Shown here: positions 1-7,968 of the stretch, piece after piece
Position numbering within the stretch: position 1 is the first letter of the stretch
Layout of the letters: each line of letters opens with the position of its first letter
Source of the DNA: Sulfurimonadaceae bacterium
Lineage (GTDB): Bacteria; Campylobacterota; Campylobacteria; Campylobacterales; Sulfurimonadaceae
NCBI GenBank assembly: GCA_041562555.1
Contig: JBFEXS010000045.1
Coordinates: forward strand, 1 to 16,334
Length of the DNA stretch: 16,334 bases
Direction of reading: 5' to 3'
Translations under genes and position numbers: made by a program
The notes under the pieces: model-generated
Databases searched by the model: none
The model's input: only the letters and a program-made list of their open reading frames with translations
What the model was told of the DNA's origin: nothing

Positions 1-1662
1 GATAAGCAACTCCCTTCTCAATCATGGAAAATCTTGGTCGTCGATGATGAAGCTTCTATTCATGATATCACGGCAAATGTGTTGAAGTCTGTTGTGATAG
101 ATGGACGTCGTCTGGAGATCATCAGTGCCATGAGCGCTGAAGAGGCGAAGCAACGACTAAAAGAACACGAGGGAATCGCCTTAGCCTTGGTTGATGTGAT
201 CATGGAGACGGCTACCGCAGGGCTGGATCTGATCAATTATATCCGCAATGAGCTAGATAATCATCTTATTCGTCTTGTCGTCCGTACGGGACAGCCGGAT
301 GAGGTACCTGAACGTGAGATTATCGATCATTATGATATCACTGACTATAAAGAGAAGACGGAACTCTCGATAGACAAGTTTTACACGGTCGTACGTTCTG
401 CCATACGTCAATATACGCATCTGCTTGAGTTGGAAAACAAATATGAAGATGTGTATAAACAGATGACGACTCACCCGCTTACAAAACTTCCGAATCGACA
501 GAAACTCAATGAGACCCTGGACAGTATAGGGGCTAAAAATCTTGTCTTAATCAATATAGACAGCTTTAGTATGGTCAATGAAACTCAGGGGTTTAACGTA
601 GGAGATGACCTTTTATTGCAGATGGGCGGCTTTTTGCAAAATATGTATGGGCATGAGATGACGGTATATCATCTTGAAGGAGACACTTTTGGTATCCTCA
701 GCACCGGTGAGAATATCAGCGAAGACAGGCTCTTTTCGATACAAAAAGAGATCAATGATATGACATTTCTTCTCAATGGCGTTGAGAACCGCTTGAGCGT
801 TACCCTTGGTCTTGCGATGCATGAAGAGGGAAATCTGATCCAAAAAGCGGAATTCGCACTGAAAGAAGCACGTACCTTAGGCCGAAATCGTGCGAAAAAG
901 TATAGTGACGACATCAAGATCATCAAGACGATCAAAACAAACTCGATTTGGGTCAAACGGGTCCGAGATGCCTTGGATGAGAATAGAATGTTGAGTTTTT
1001 ATCAGCCGATCTTCTCCATTGAGACGGGTGAAGTGGTGAAGTATGAGTGCTTGGTCCGAATGATGTATGAAGATAAGATCATCTCGCCTTTTGAGTTTTT
1101 GGAAGCGGCAAAAAGTAGTGGCCAGCTTTATGCCATCTTCAAAGTCATGTTTGAGAATGCCTGCAAAAAGACACTGGAGTTTGACGGAAGGTTCACGGTC
1201 AATATGACAGACCAGGACCTTCAAGAGCCGGACCTGATGGAGTTCGTTGAAGAGATGTTTAAGAAATACAATGCTGACCCTCAGCAAATCGGCGTAGAGA
1301 TTTTAGAAGAGAAAAGCATCATGAACAATGAACTGGCAAGAGACAGGTTGATGAGGCTGCATGACATGGGATGTACCATTATCGTCGATGATTTTGGTGC
1401 AGAGTGTTCGAACTTTGGTCAATTGATGAATCTTCCTATATCCGTGATTAAGATCGATGGAGCGTTTATCAAGGATATTGTGAATAATCCAAAACATAAA
1501 ATCATCGCGGAGGCAATCGTTGGCTTTTCACAACGTCTGCATATACGGACAGTCGCCGAATTTGTACATTCCCAAGAAGTACTGGAGGTTGTCAAAGAGA
1601 TGGGAGTCACCTATGCACAGGGGTTTCATCTGGGCGAACCTTCACCGGATCTACTAAAGTAA
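1..1662 (+). CDS. Response-regulator REC - degenerate GGDEF - EAL protein (probable c-di-GMP phosphodiesterase), 5'-truncated by the window edge
   Basis: The frame is open from base 1 (DKQLPSQSWKILVVDDE), so the true start is upstream of the window rather than TTG 34. REC motifs: VVDDE, LVDVIME (phospho-Asp), RTGQ, YKEK. GGDEF-like region HPLTKLPNR...NIDSFSMVNETQG...HLEGDTF is degenerate. EAL motifs: FYQPI, YECLVRM, EILE, DDFG, KIDG, VAEFV, YAQG. Confidence 0.9.
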   Translation, partial: DKQLPSQSWKILVVDDEASIHDITANVLKSVVIDGRRLEIISAMSAEEAKQRLKEHEGIALALVDVIMETATAGLDLINYIRNELDNHLIRLVVRTGQPDEVPEREIIDHYDITDYKEKTELSIDKFYTVVRSAIRQYTHLLELENKYEDVYKQMTTHPLTKLPNRQKLNETLDSIGAKNLVLINIDSFSMVNETQGFNVGDDLLLQMGGFLQNMYGHEMTVYHLEGDTFGILSTGENISEDRLFSIQKEINDMTFLLNGVENRLSVTLGLAMHEEGNLIQKAEFALKEARTLGRNRAKKYSDDIKIIKTIKTNSIWVKRVRDALDENRMLSFYQPIFSIETGEVVKYECLVRMMYEDKIISPFEFLEAAKSSGQLYAIFKVMFENACKKTLEFDGRFTVNMTDQDLQEPDLMEFVEEMFKKYNADPQQIGVEILEEKSIMNNELARDRLMRLHDMGCTIIVDDFGAECSNFGQLMNLPISVIKIDGAFIKDIVNNPKHKIIAEAIVGFSQRLHIRTVAEFVHSQEVLEVVKEMGVTYAQGFHLGEPSPDLLK

Positions 1663-1685
1663 GAATATAGAACAAAAGGAGAGTT

Positions 1686-3143
1686 ATGAGAGAAAACCAT
1701 TATGAAGTGTTGATCGTCGGTGCAGGGATATCCGGTGCTGCTCTTGCGTATGAATTGGCGCGTTATACAGATATACAGTCTATAGGGATTGTGGAGAAGT
1801 ATGAAGATGTCGCCACGCTTAACAGTTCAGGTACCTCGAATTCTCAGACGATACACGTTGGCGATATTGAGACAAACTATACCCTTGAAAAGGCCGCGAT
1901 TACCAAGCGCACGGCAAAGATGGTCGAGAAGTATTGTTTACAGTACCATTATCAAAATGAGATCATTTTCTCACATCAGAAGATGGCACTGGGGGTAGGC
2001 GAGAAGGAGGTCGAGTTCCTGCTTCACCGTTTTGAGGAGTTTTCCAAACTGTTCCCTTATTTGGAAGTTTGGGACAAGGAGAAACTCAAGGAGCTTGAAC
2101 CCCGTGTCGTATTTGATGAAGAGGGTAACGAGCGCCCGGAGACTATCGTCGGGGTAGGGGCCAGGGGAGAGTGGACAACGGTTGATTTTGGCAAGATGGC
2201 CGCTTCCTTGATCGATAATGCAAAGAAACAAGAGGGCAAGCGGGTCGATGTCTTTTTTAATTCACCGGTGACCAAGATTGAAAAAGACGGTGATAAAAGG
2301 CATGTCGTTCATTGCGGAGGTGAGACCTATACCGCTGATTACGTAGTTGTTGACGCAGGTGCGCACAGTCTGTATATCGCCCATGAAATGGGATACGGAC
2401 ACAACTTGGGGTGTTTGCCGATTGCCGGAAGTTTTTACATGACGAATGAGAAGATGCTAAACGGTAAGGTCTATATGATCCAGAACCCTAAATTGCCATT
2501 CGCTGCCTTGCACGGCGATCCGGATGTATTAGCAGATGGGAACACCCGTTTTGGTCCTACGGCTTTGATGTTACCGAAACTCGAACGTTACAAAAGCGGG
2601 ACCTATATGGACTTCTGGAAGACCTTGCGTTTTGACGGGAAGATTGCCAGTGCCCTATGGAAGCTCTTAAAAGAGAGGGACATCCGAAACTATATCTTTA
2701 GAAATTTTCTTTTTGAAGTGCCGGTATTAAATAAATATCTCTTTTTAAGAGACGCGCGCAAGATTGTACCTTCGCTCAAAAAAAGCGAGTTCAGATATGC
2801 CGCAGGTTTTGGAGGGGTACGTCCTCAGGTACTGAATAAGGACGAGCAAAAACTGATGTTGGGGGAAGCGTCCATCAACCCGGGAACAGGGATACTTTTC
2901 AATATGACGCCTTCGCCGGGAGCTACATCATGTCTAGGGAATGCCGAACGTGACCTGCGTATTATCGTGGAGTATCTTGGTAAAAACTTTGATGAAGCAC
3001 TTTTTAATGATGAACTGACGGAAGGAGAGTATTGTGTACTTCCGGAACCGCTGGAATCACAAAAAGCACGTGTCAATCTCATCCGTGCAGAGATCGCCCG
3101 TACCCATGAGAAGTTCGAAGAGGGGTATTCCCAACAACATTAA
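1686..3143 (+). CDS. mqo: Malate:quinone oxidoreductase (Helicobacter/Campylobacter type FAD-dependent oxidoreductase)
   Basis: N-terminal FAD motif IVGAGISG; NSQTIHVGDIETNY, LPFAALHGDPD, TRFGPTA, GFGGVRPQ and FNMTPSPGATSCLGNA match epsilon-type Mqo; RBS AAGGAG at 1676-1681. Confidence 0.88.
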   Translation: MRENHYEVLIVGAGISGAALAYELARYTDIQSIGIVEKYEDVATLNSSGTSNSQTIHVGDIETNYTLEKAAITKRTAKMVEKYCLQYHYQNEIIFSHQKMALGVGEKEVEFLLHRFEEFSKLFPYLEVWDKEKLKELEPRVVFDEEGNERPETIVGVGARGEWTTVDFGKMAASLIDNAKKQEGKRVDVFFNSPVTKIEKDGDKRHVVHCGGETYTADYVVVDAGAHSLYIAHEMGYGHNLGCLPIAGSFYMTNEKMLNGKVYMIQNPKLPFAALHGDPDVLADGNTRFGPTALMLPKLERYKSGTYMDFWKTLRFDGKIASALWKLLKERDIRNYIFRNFLFEVPVLNKYLFLRDARKIVPSLKKSEFRYAAGFGGVRPQVLNKDEQKLMLGEASINPGTGILFNMTPSPGATSCLGNAERDLRIIVEYLGKNFDEALFNDELTEGEYCVLPEPLESQKARVNLIRAEIARTHEKFEEGYSQQH

Positions 3144-3155
3144 GTGGGGATAGAT

Positions 3156-3197
3156 GCATTTTCCTTGAAGTCCAGGGGGAAGATGCTCTTCTCTTTA
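3156..3197 (+). terminator. Probable intrinsic terminator between convergent mqo and gdh
   Basis: GCATTTTCCTT (3156-3166) pairs with GGGGAAGATGC (3176-3186) using G-U wobbles on the + strand, followed by pyrimidine-rich TCTTCTCTTT. Confidence 0.5.
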
Positions 3198-6100
3198 TAT
3201 CGCTGAAGCCATTAGTTGATTGACGGTAATGGTGATTTCTTTCAGGTCTTTACTCTCATATTTTTCAAATTCAGCCAACTGTTCTTTCGTTCCTACAAAG
3301 GTCTCATTCTCATTGGATACAAAGGACCTGAAGGCATCTTCTGGACTTTCGTCGACACGTTGAAAACTGAGGATCTTATGGGTGTAGTGTACGACAATAA
3401 AGTCGATGAACTGAAGCATCTGCCGTTTAAGCACTCTGTCGCTGTCCACGGCAATAGGAATGTCATCCAGTGCTGAGAGAAGGTCTATGATCTTGAATTC
3501 GCTGACGATCATATAAAAGAGGGTCGCCACGTCATCAAAACTATGTTGTGTGGACTCTTTGATACTGATGGCTGCCACGGCAAACCGTAAATATTCTATA
3601 TGTGTGAAGAAGCTGTTGAAGCTGTCGTTCCCCGGAATGATCTCAAGTTTTTTATCACTGTTGATCTTGTCAAGCATTTCAAACAGGATCTCTCTGTTCT
3701 CCAGGATATGATTTGCATCGATCTGATTTTTGTTGAGGTATTTGATCATCCATTTGACAGAGAATATAAGCGTTCTTTCCATCTCCGATAATAAGGCATA
3801 CTGTTTATCACTCGGCATACTGAAGTCTTGTCTGAATATTTCATGACGGATATTATTGGTCTCAAAGAGCTGATTACAGATAAGGTAGGATTTTATTTTA
3901 TTGATAAACTTCTCATCTCCGATACGGTCGTAATCGCTGATGAAACTCACCCCTTGGAAATTGATCACCTTATCGGCGATGGTGGTAGCGATCAGTTCCC
4001 GTTTGAGAGGATGATTGGAAATCTCATGTTCATAGATACCGACAAAGGATTTCGGAAAATATTTATAAAGATAACCAAGTGCAAAGTTCTCTTCAATCAG
4101 GCTTGAATTCAACAGTAGGTTCTTTAGAAATATCTTGGCGTATGAGAGCATGGACGCCAGGATAGGACGAACGATGGAACGTTCATCATTGAGCATTGCA
4201 TTGAGATTTTCATCTTTTGGGATCTGAAAGTCCTTGCGTTTGAAGGCGGGGATGTTCTCTTCGAGAATTTTCAAAGAAGCGGTAAAGTCCTTGATGTAGA
4301 TGCGTGAAAGCCGTTCGTCTCTGGAGAGTGCCAGACTTTGGTTATAGTTGTCCCATAAGACCATATTTACGACCTGATCCGTCAAACTGGTCAGTGTCGT
4401 ATTACGTTCTTCCTCGGTAAGAAGGCCTTTTTCCTGAATCGTATTGAGAAGTATCTTTAGATTGACTTCATGATCCGAGATATTCACTCCGGCTGAGTTG
4501 TCGATACCATCGAGGTTGATACGCCCTCCTGCACGAGCGTAGTCTATACGTGCTCTTTGGGTAAAACCAAGGTTCCCGCCTTCGCAGACACAGTAGGCTT
4601 TTAATTCATTCGCGTCGACGCGAACGGCTTCATTCTGTTTGTCACCGATATCCAGACTACTCTCATCAGCACTTTTGACATAGGTACCAACACCTCCGTT
4701 AAAGAGCATGTCGACCTTCATGCATAGGAGTCTTTTGGCAAGTTCTTCACCGCTTAGGGTACTTTTGGTGGTCCCGATCATCTTTTTGATCTCATCGGAA
4801 AGTTCGATAGACTTGTCAGAGCGTAAAAAGACGCCTCCCCCTTTTGAGATAAGGCTTTTGTTATAGGCCGACCATGAACCGTCTTTTGCGACAAAGAGTC
4901 GTTTTCGCTCTTCATAGGCAGTCATCGGGATAGGATCAGGATCGATAAAGACCTCTTTATGTGAAACGGCGGCAAGGAGTTTGAACGCCTTGGACTCAAG
5001 CATCCCATTTCCAAAAACATCACCGTTCATAGAACCCAGACCTACGATAGTAATAGGGTCTTTATAAAAATCTATACCTTTCTCGATGAAAAAACGCTGG
5101 GTAGAGATAATGGCACCCTTGGCGGTGATTCCCAAATCCTTATGTCCGAAGCCGTTGGAACCGCCTGAAGCAAAGGCATCCTTTAACCAAAAATTGCGTT
5201 CGATGGAGATCTTGTTTGCAACATCGCTCATACTGGCGGTACCCTTGTCGGCAGCTACAACAAAATAGGTGTCATCTTCATCATAGGCGATGATGTCCTG
5301 GTGTTTGACGACATTACCGTCGATGACATTGTCGACCATATCCAAGAGGTTGTTGATAAACTCCGTATAGATCTGTTCAAAATAGGCTTTGGATATCTGC
5401 GATTTGTCTCTTTTGATGATGAAACCGCCTTTGGCTCCATCTGGTACGATGATGGAGTTTTTCCCCTCTTGGGTGATCATCAGGGATTTGATCTCGGTTC
5501 GGTAATCTTCATGACGCTCACTCCAACGTAATCCTCCACGGCTGATTCGGCTCATACGCAGGTGAAGACCACTGAATTCAGGATGATACACGAAGATCTC
5601 GAGTTTTGGCTGGATGCCTTTAAGATGTTCGGCAAAGAGCTCGGTATGGATCTTCAGTGCTATACCCTCTTGATTCAAGAAATAGTTGGTCCTCAAGAGT
5701 GACTGTACAAGGGTGTAGGTGAGTTTTAGGATTTTGTCCTCAAGGATATCTGGGACTTCTTTGATCTTTTCTTCTATTTGTTCGGAAACTGCTTTGAGTT
5801 TGGCTTCTCGCTGTTTAATGTTGGGATCAAACTTTGTCAGGAAGTAGTCAAGGAAGAGATTTGTAATGGTATGGTGATGATTTAAAGTATGGATGATAGT
5901 CGTATCATTGAATGTCAGGACCGCTTGATTGAGGTATTCGATCAGCGCACGCATTAACTTGATATGTCGAAGTGAAAAGTTCTCCAGATAGACGAGGGAG
6001 TACAGACGGCACCGATCGAAGGTCTTACCAAGAAGTGAGAGACTGATGATCTGCTCAATGTTCTCTCGTGCATGTTCAAACTTTTTCAGGTCCGGAATGT

Positions 6101-6383
6101 CCAGATTGAAGCGGTTGACATAGACAGAACCCTTCTTTTGAGGGATCTCATAGGTGACTTCATCGATAATACGAAAACTGAAATCATGTAAAACAGGTGT
6201 CATACACGACAGATGCAGGGCCTCGGTAGCGTATATCTTTATCGATACGTTTTGTTTATTTACAAATATCTTGCTGACGATGTCATCGTGCAAAATTTGT
6301 TCATAAAGTTCAGGGGATATTTTGAGGTCGTCAGCGTGTATGAGCTGTGAACAGACAGCATTTAAGGCGGAAGTTTCCGGCAT
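3195..6383 (-). CDS. gdh: Large NAD-specific glutamate dehydrogenase (Bac_GDH family), 1062 aa
   Basis: Family motifs GLHLR..ISRGGLRWS, QEGKNSIIVPDGAKGGF, YFVVAADKGTA, DAFASGGSNG, GSMNGDVFGNGM, GGVGTYVK, EGGNLGFTQ, IDNSAGV, SDHEVNLKI; RBS AGGAG (minus) at 6393-6389. Confidence 0.92.
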   Translation of the reverse strand: MPETSALNAVCSQLIHADDLKISPELYEQILHDDIVSKIFVNKQNVSIKIYATEALHLSCMTPVLHDFSFRIIDEVTYEIPQKKGSVYVNRFNLDIPDLKKFEHARENIEQIISLSLLGKTFDRCRLYSLVYLENFSLRHIKLMRALIEYLNQAVLTFNDTTIIHTLNHHHTITNLFLDYFLTKFDPNIKQREAKLKAVSEQIEEKIKEVPDILEDKILKLTYTLVQSLLRTNYFLNQEGIALKIHTELFAEHLKGIQPKLEIFVYHPEFSGLHLRMSRISRGGLRWSERHEDYRTEIKSLMITQEGKNSIIVPDGAKGGFIIKRDKSQISKAYFEQIYTEFINNLLDMVDNVIDGNVVKHQDIIAYDEDDTYFVVAADKGTASMSDVANKISIERNFWLKDAFASGGSNGFGHKDLGITAKGAIISTQRFFIEKGIDFYKDPITIVGLGSMNGDVFGNGMLESKAFKLLAAVSHKEVFIDPDPIPMTAYEERKRLFVAKDGSWSAYNKSLISKGGGVFLRSDKSIELSDEIKKMIGTTKSTLSGEELAKRLLCMKVDMLFNGGVGTYVKSADESSLDIGDKQNEAVRVDANELKAYCVCEGGNLGFTQRARIDYARAGGRINLDGIDNSAGVNISDHEVNLKILLNTIQEKGLLTEEERNTTLTSLTDQVVNMVLWDNYNQSLALSRDERLSRIYIKDFTASLKILEENIPAFKRKDFQIPKDENLNAMLNDERSIVRPILASMLSYAKIFLKNLLLNSSLIEENFALGYLYKYFPKSFVGIYEHEISNHPLKRELIATTIADKVINFQGVSFISDYDRIGDEKFINKIKSYLICNQLFETNNIRHEIFRQDFSMPSDKQYALLSEMERTLIFSVKWMIKYLNKNQIDANHILENREILFEMLDKINSDKKLEIIPGNDSFNSFFTHIEYLRFAVAAISIKESTQHSFDDVATLFYMIVSEFKIIDLLSALDDIPIAVDSDRVLKRQMLQFIDFIVVHYTHKILSFQRVDESPEDAFRSFVSNENETFVGTKEQLAEFEKYESKDLKEITITVNQLMASAI

Positions 6384-6418
6384 ATGAACTCCTAAATGAT
6401 TAGCGTGTATATTGACTT

Positions 6419-6424
6419 ATTGTA
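6419..6424 (-). promoter_or_regulatory. Candidate sigma70 -10 element for gdh
   Basis: TACAAT on the minus strand about 35 nt upstream of the gdh ATG, in the 70-nt mqnA-gdh gap. Confidence 0.4.
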
Positions 6425-6453
6425 GAGCAGATATTCTTAGCTGGATGTTAAAA

Positions 6454-7119
6454 CTATCGGGTTTTATTCAGAGTGTCACTGAGATGCAAAAAACGTTTTA
6501 AAGAGAGACGGGCATGGGGATCGAGTTTATATTCTATAAGCTTTAGATACTCAAGGATGTCATTTCTGTCGATACCGCTTCTTTCACTGGCATTTTGCAG
6601 GATATAGGATGGGATTTTATATTGTTTCCGTAAGAAATATCGGGATAGTTTCTTGTATCGTTTAGCATTCCCGTGATAGCACAGACGTGCAAAGACAAAG
6701 GGTAGTTTATGTTCTTGATACCAGTAGGCTGCCAGATCAATGAAGTTACCTTCGGGATGTTCGAGGTAATATTTGAGGGCTTTGTCCCCAATAAGGACCT
6801 CTCCTTCAAGTCCCATGACATTTGCAAGGACATTGGAAGTGGCGGATTCGTTGTCATGTTTCTTCTTACCCGGGATGAGCAGAACAGACTTGACCTCTTT
6901 TTTTGCAGCGATGCCCAGGTCCAGACAATGACAACGGCGTGATGCGATACTTGAGATAAAGGCAGCATCTACACGACGGCGTCTGAAGGCTTCATTGATG
7001 GCCGAAGGGACACCGCGTTTATAGTGTAATGACTGCTGCTGTTGAGAACCTTTGGTATAGCGTTTCATAAAGACATGAAAGGGCAACAGGTTCAAATACT
7101 CAATTTTTCCAAAAATCAT
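6454..7119 (-). CDS. mqnA: Chorismate dehydratase MqnA (futalosine menaquinone pathway; MqnA/MqnD/SBP family)
   Basis: MIFGKIEYLNLLPF start, GVPSAIN, VDAAFISSI, ESATSN, LIGDKAL, DLA..W....LPFVFA are typical of MqnA. Confidence 0.85.
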   Translation of the reverse strand: MIFGKIEYLNLLPFHVFMKRYTKGSQQQQSLHYKRGVPSAINEAFRRRRVDAAFISSIASRRCHCLDLGIAAKKEVKSVLLIPGKKKHDNESATSNVLANVMGLEGEVLIGDKALKYYLEHPEGNFIDLAAYWYQEHKLPFVFARLCYHGNAKRYKKLSRYFLRKQYKIPSYILQNASERSGIDRNDILEYLKLIEYKLDPHARLSLKRFLHLSDTLNKTR

Positions 7120-7124
7120 GCGGC

Positions 7125-7130
7125 ATTATA
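7125..7130 (-). promoter_or_regulatory. -10 box immediately upstream of mqnA (probable leaderless transcript)
   Basis: Minus strand reads TATAAT-GCCGC-ATG; no Shine-Dalgarno sequence in front of the ATG. Confidence 0.6.
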
Positions 7131-7153
7131 ATTGATAAGAGTGAAGAGCAGTC

Positions 7154-7930
7154 TTAAAAGTCAATGATTTCAGCAGGAGCATCTATTTTGGCTTGTTTGA
7201 GTTTGTCACTCACCCGTTGCATAAGCGTGTCAATGGTATCATCATCCCGTTGGACAGAGATACCATAGCGTACCTGGAGTTTAAGATGTACCTCACTAAA
7301 ATCCATGCTTAGCTTATCGACTTTGGCACACAGCTTTTTCATATAGAGCATGGCACCATTGAGGTCCGTCTTATTCAAGAGCAGAAGAAATTTATCCCCC
7401 TGGTACCGGCCCAAGGTGTCAGAGGCTCTTGAAGTGGATTGAAGCAGGTCTGCTATGGATTTTATGACCGAATCACCGGCTAAATATCCAAAGGCCTCGT
7501 TGATGTCCTTAAGATGGGAGATGTCAACGAGTACAAGGGTGTAGGCCTCTTTGTTTCTTTTACTTCGATAGATCTCATGCTCAAGTATGGTCATAAAGCT
7601 TTTTTGTGTTAGTACACCGGTCAGTTTATCCTTGATATCGTGGCGTCCTGAAGGATTGATAACCGTCCACTCCTCATCCAAAAGAAAAAATTCGAACTTA
7701 TAGGTCTCTTCCAGATCAAAACCCTTATAGCAGATGTGATGTTCTCTTCCTTCAACATTGAGTCGGGCTAAAAATTTCTCGTCGTGAAAACTGTTTTGAT
7801 CCAAAAAGTGCTTAAATTCGGTTAATGTCTTCAGGTTGGGAAAAAGATATTCGAAGACAGGATCAGAACGTAAAAGAAGATTCATGTTCTTATCAAAAAC
7901 GACGGTAATAACCTTTTGAAGCATTGACAT
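7154..7930 (-). CDS. Degenerate GGDEF-domain protein (QGDKF, RASD I-site) with unrecognised N-terminal domain; paralogue B
   Basis: DKLTG, DISHLKDINEAFGYLAGD, RASDTLGRYQGDKF; colinear with 7969-8748; AAGG RBS 7 nt upstream of the ATG. Confidence 0.88.
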   Translation of the reverse strand: MSMLQKVITVVFDKNMNLLLRSDPVFEYLFPNLKTLTEFKHFLDQNSFHDEKFLARLNVEGREHHICYKGFDLEETYKFEFFLLDEEWTVINPSGRHDIKDKLTGVLTQKSFMTILEHEIYRSKRNKEAYTLVLVDISHLKDINEAFGYLAGDSVIKSIADLLQSTSRASDTLGRYQGDKFLLLLNKTDLNGAMLYMKKLCAKVDKLSMDFSEVHLKLQVRYGISVQRDDDTIDTLMQRVSDKLKQAKIDAPAEIIDF

Positions 7931-7962
7931 AGCTGCGCCTTGAAAATTAAGCTTGTTCAGCG

Positions 7963-7968
7963 ATTATA
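7963..7968 (-). promoter_or_regulatory. Candidate -10 element for paralogue B, abutting the stop codon of paralogue A
   Basis: Minus strand TTTTG-TAG-TATAAT, 32 nt upstream of the ATG at 7930. Confidence 0.45.

Noticed and set aside
3022..3153. AAGGAGAGT inside the mqo tail (identical to the mqo RBS region) followed by GTG 3034, opening a 39-aa out-of-frame ORF
   Set aside because: Explained by Glu-Gly-Glu codons; SD spacing is short and the peptide has no supporting features. Ribosome profiling would be needed.
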